Shown: positions 25,270-25,564 of the stretch, one piece after another
How the letters are laid out: each line of letters starts with the position of its first letter
Position numbering within the stretch: the stretch's first letter is position 1
Source of the DNA: a virus
Lineage: Duplodnaviria; Caudoviricetes
Strand: one strand, 5' to 3'
DNA: 25,564 nucleotides
Virus record (IMG/VR): IMGVR_UViG_3300006752_000194
Location: 1 to 25,564 of that record
Position numbers and translations under genes: made by a program
Notes under the pieces: model-generated
What the model saw: the letters and a program-made list of their open reading frames with translations, nothing else
Databases searched by the model: none
What the model was told of the DNA's origin: nothing

Positions 25270-25564
25270 GCCTATTAAGCACTAGAAATTATTACAAACC
25301 TTTTGACCACCCATGGATGTTTGATTATTATGTATTACAAAATCAAATGCATTGGATGCCTGAGTCAATCCCTTTACACACAGACGTAAAAGATTGGCAA
25401 GAGCTTACAGATATCGAAAAGAATTTACTCACACAAATCTTTAGATTGTTTACACAATCAGATGTAGATGTCGGAGCAGGTTATGTAGATAAATATATGC
25501 GTATGTTTAGAAAGCCTGAAGCAAGAATGATGATGGGGTCATTTGCTAATATGGAGTCTATACA
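25266..25564 (+). CDS. nrdB: Ribonucleotide reductase beta subunit (partial)
   Basis: MSLLSTRNYYKPFDHPW...HWMPE...FTQSDVDV...FANMESI. Confidence 0.92.
   Translation, partial: MSLLSTRNYYKPFDHPWMFDYYVLQNQMHWMPESIPLHTDVKDWQELTDIEKNLLTQIFRLFTQSDVDVGAGYVDKYMRMFRKPEARMMMGSFANMESI

Overview
AT-rich segment of a lytic, tailed dsDNA phage (podovirus-type, T7-like replisome, probably marine) spanning the junction between two divergent arms. The minus-strand arm (1-9390) is the packaging/structural operon: terminase small subunit, small basic proteins, an iscU Fe-S scaffold gene, terminase large subunit, portal, scaffold protein and the 5' part of the major capsid gene. The plus-strand arm (10406-25564) holds early small ORFs driven by sigma70-type promoters, then SSB, primase-helicase, family A DNA polymerase, nucleases and class I ribonucleotide reductase (nrdA, partial nrdB). 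No phage RNA polymerase gene is visible. The main unexplained structure is at the junction: 9594-10993 is one ~1.4-kb imperfect inverted repeat. Its right arm encodes two intact ORFs, its left arm is a non-coding bulged complement, and the large insertions in each arm are themselves hairpins. Next to it is an 11-bp-phased array of DnaA-box-like 9-mers. Other candidates are a triple hairpin upstream of the scaffold gene, a structured RNA upstream of ssb and a TonB-like protein. All pairings and family calls were made by eye; no searches were run.
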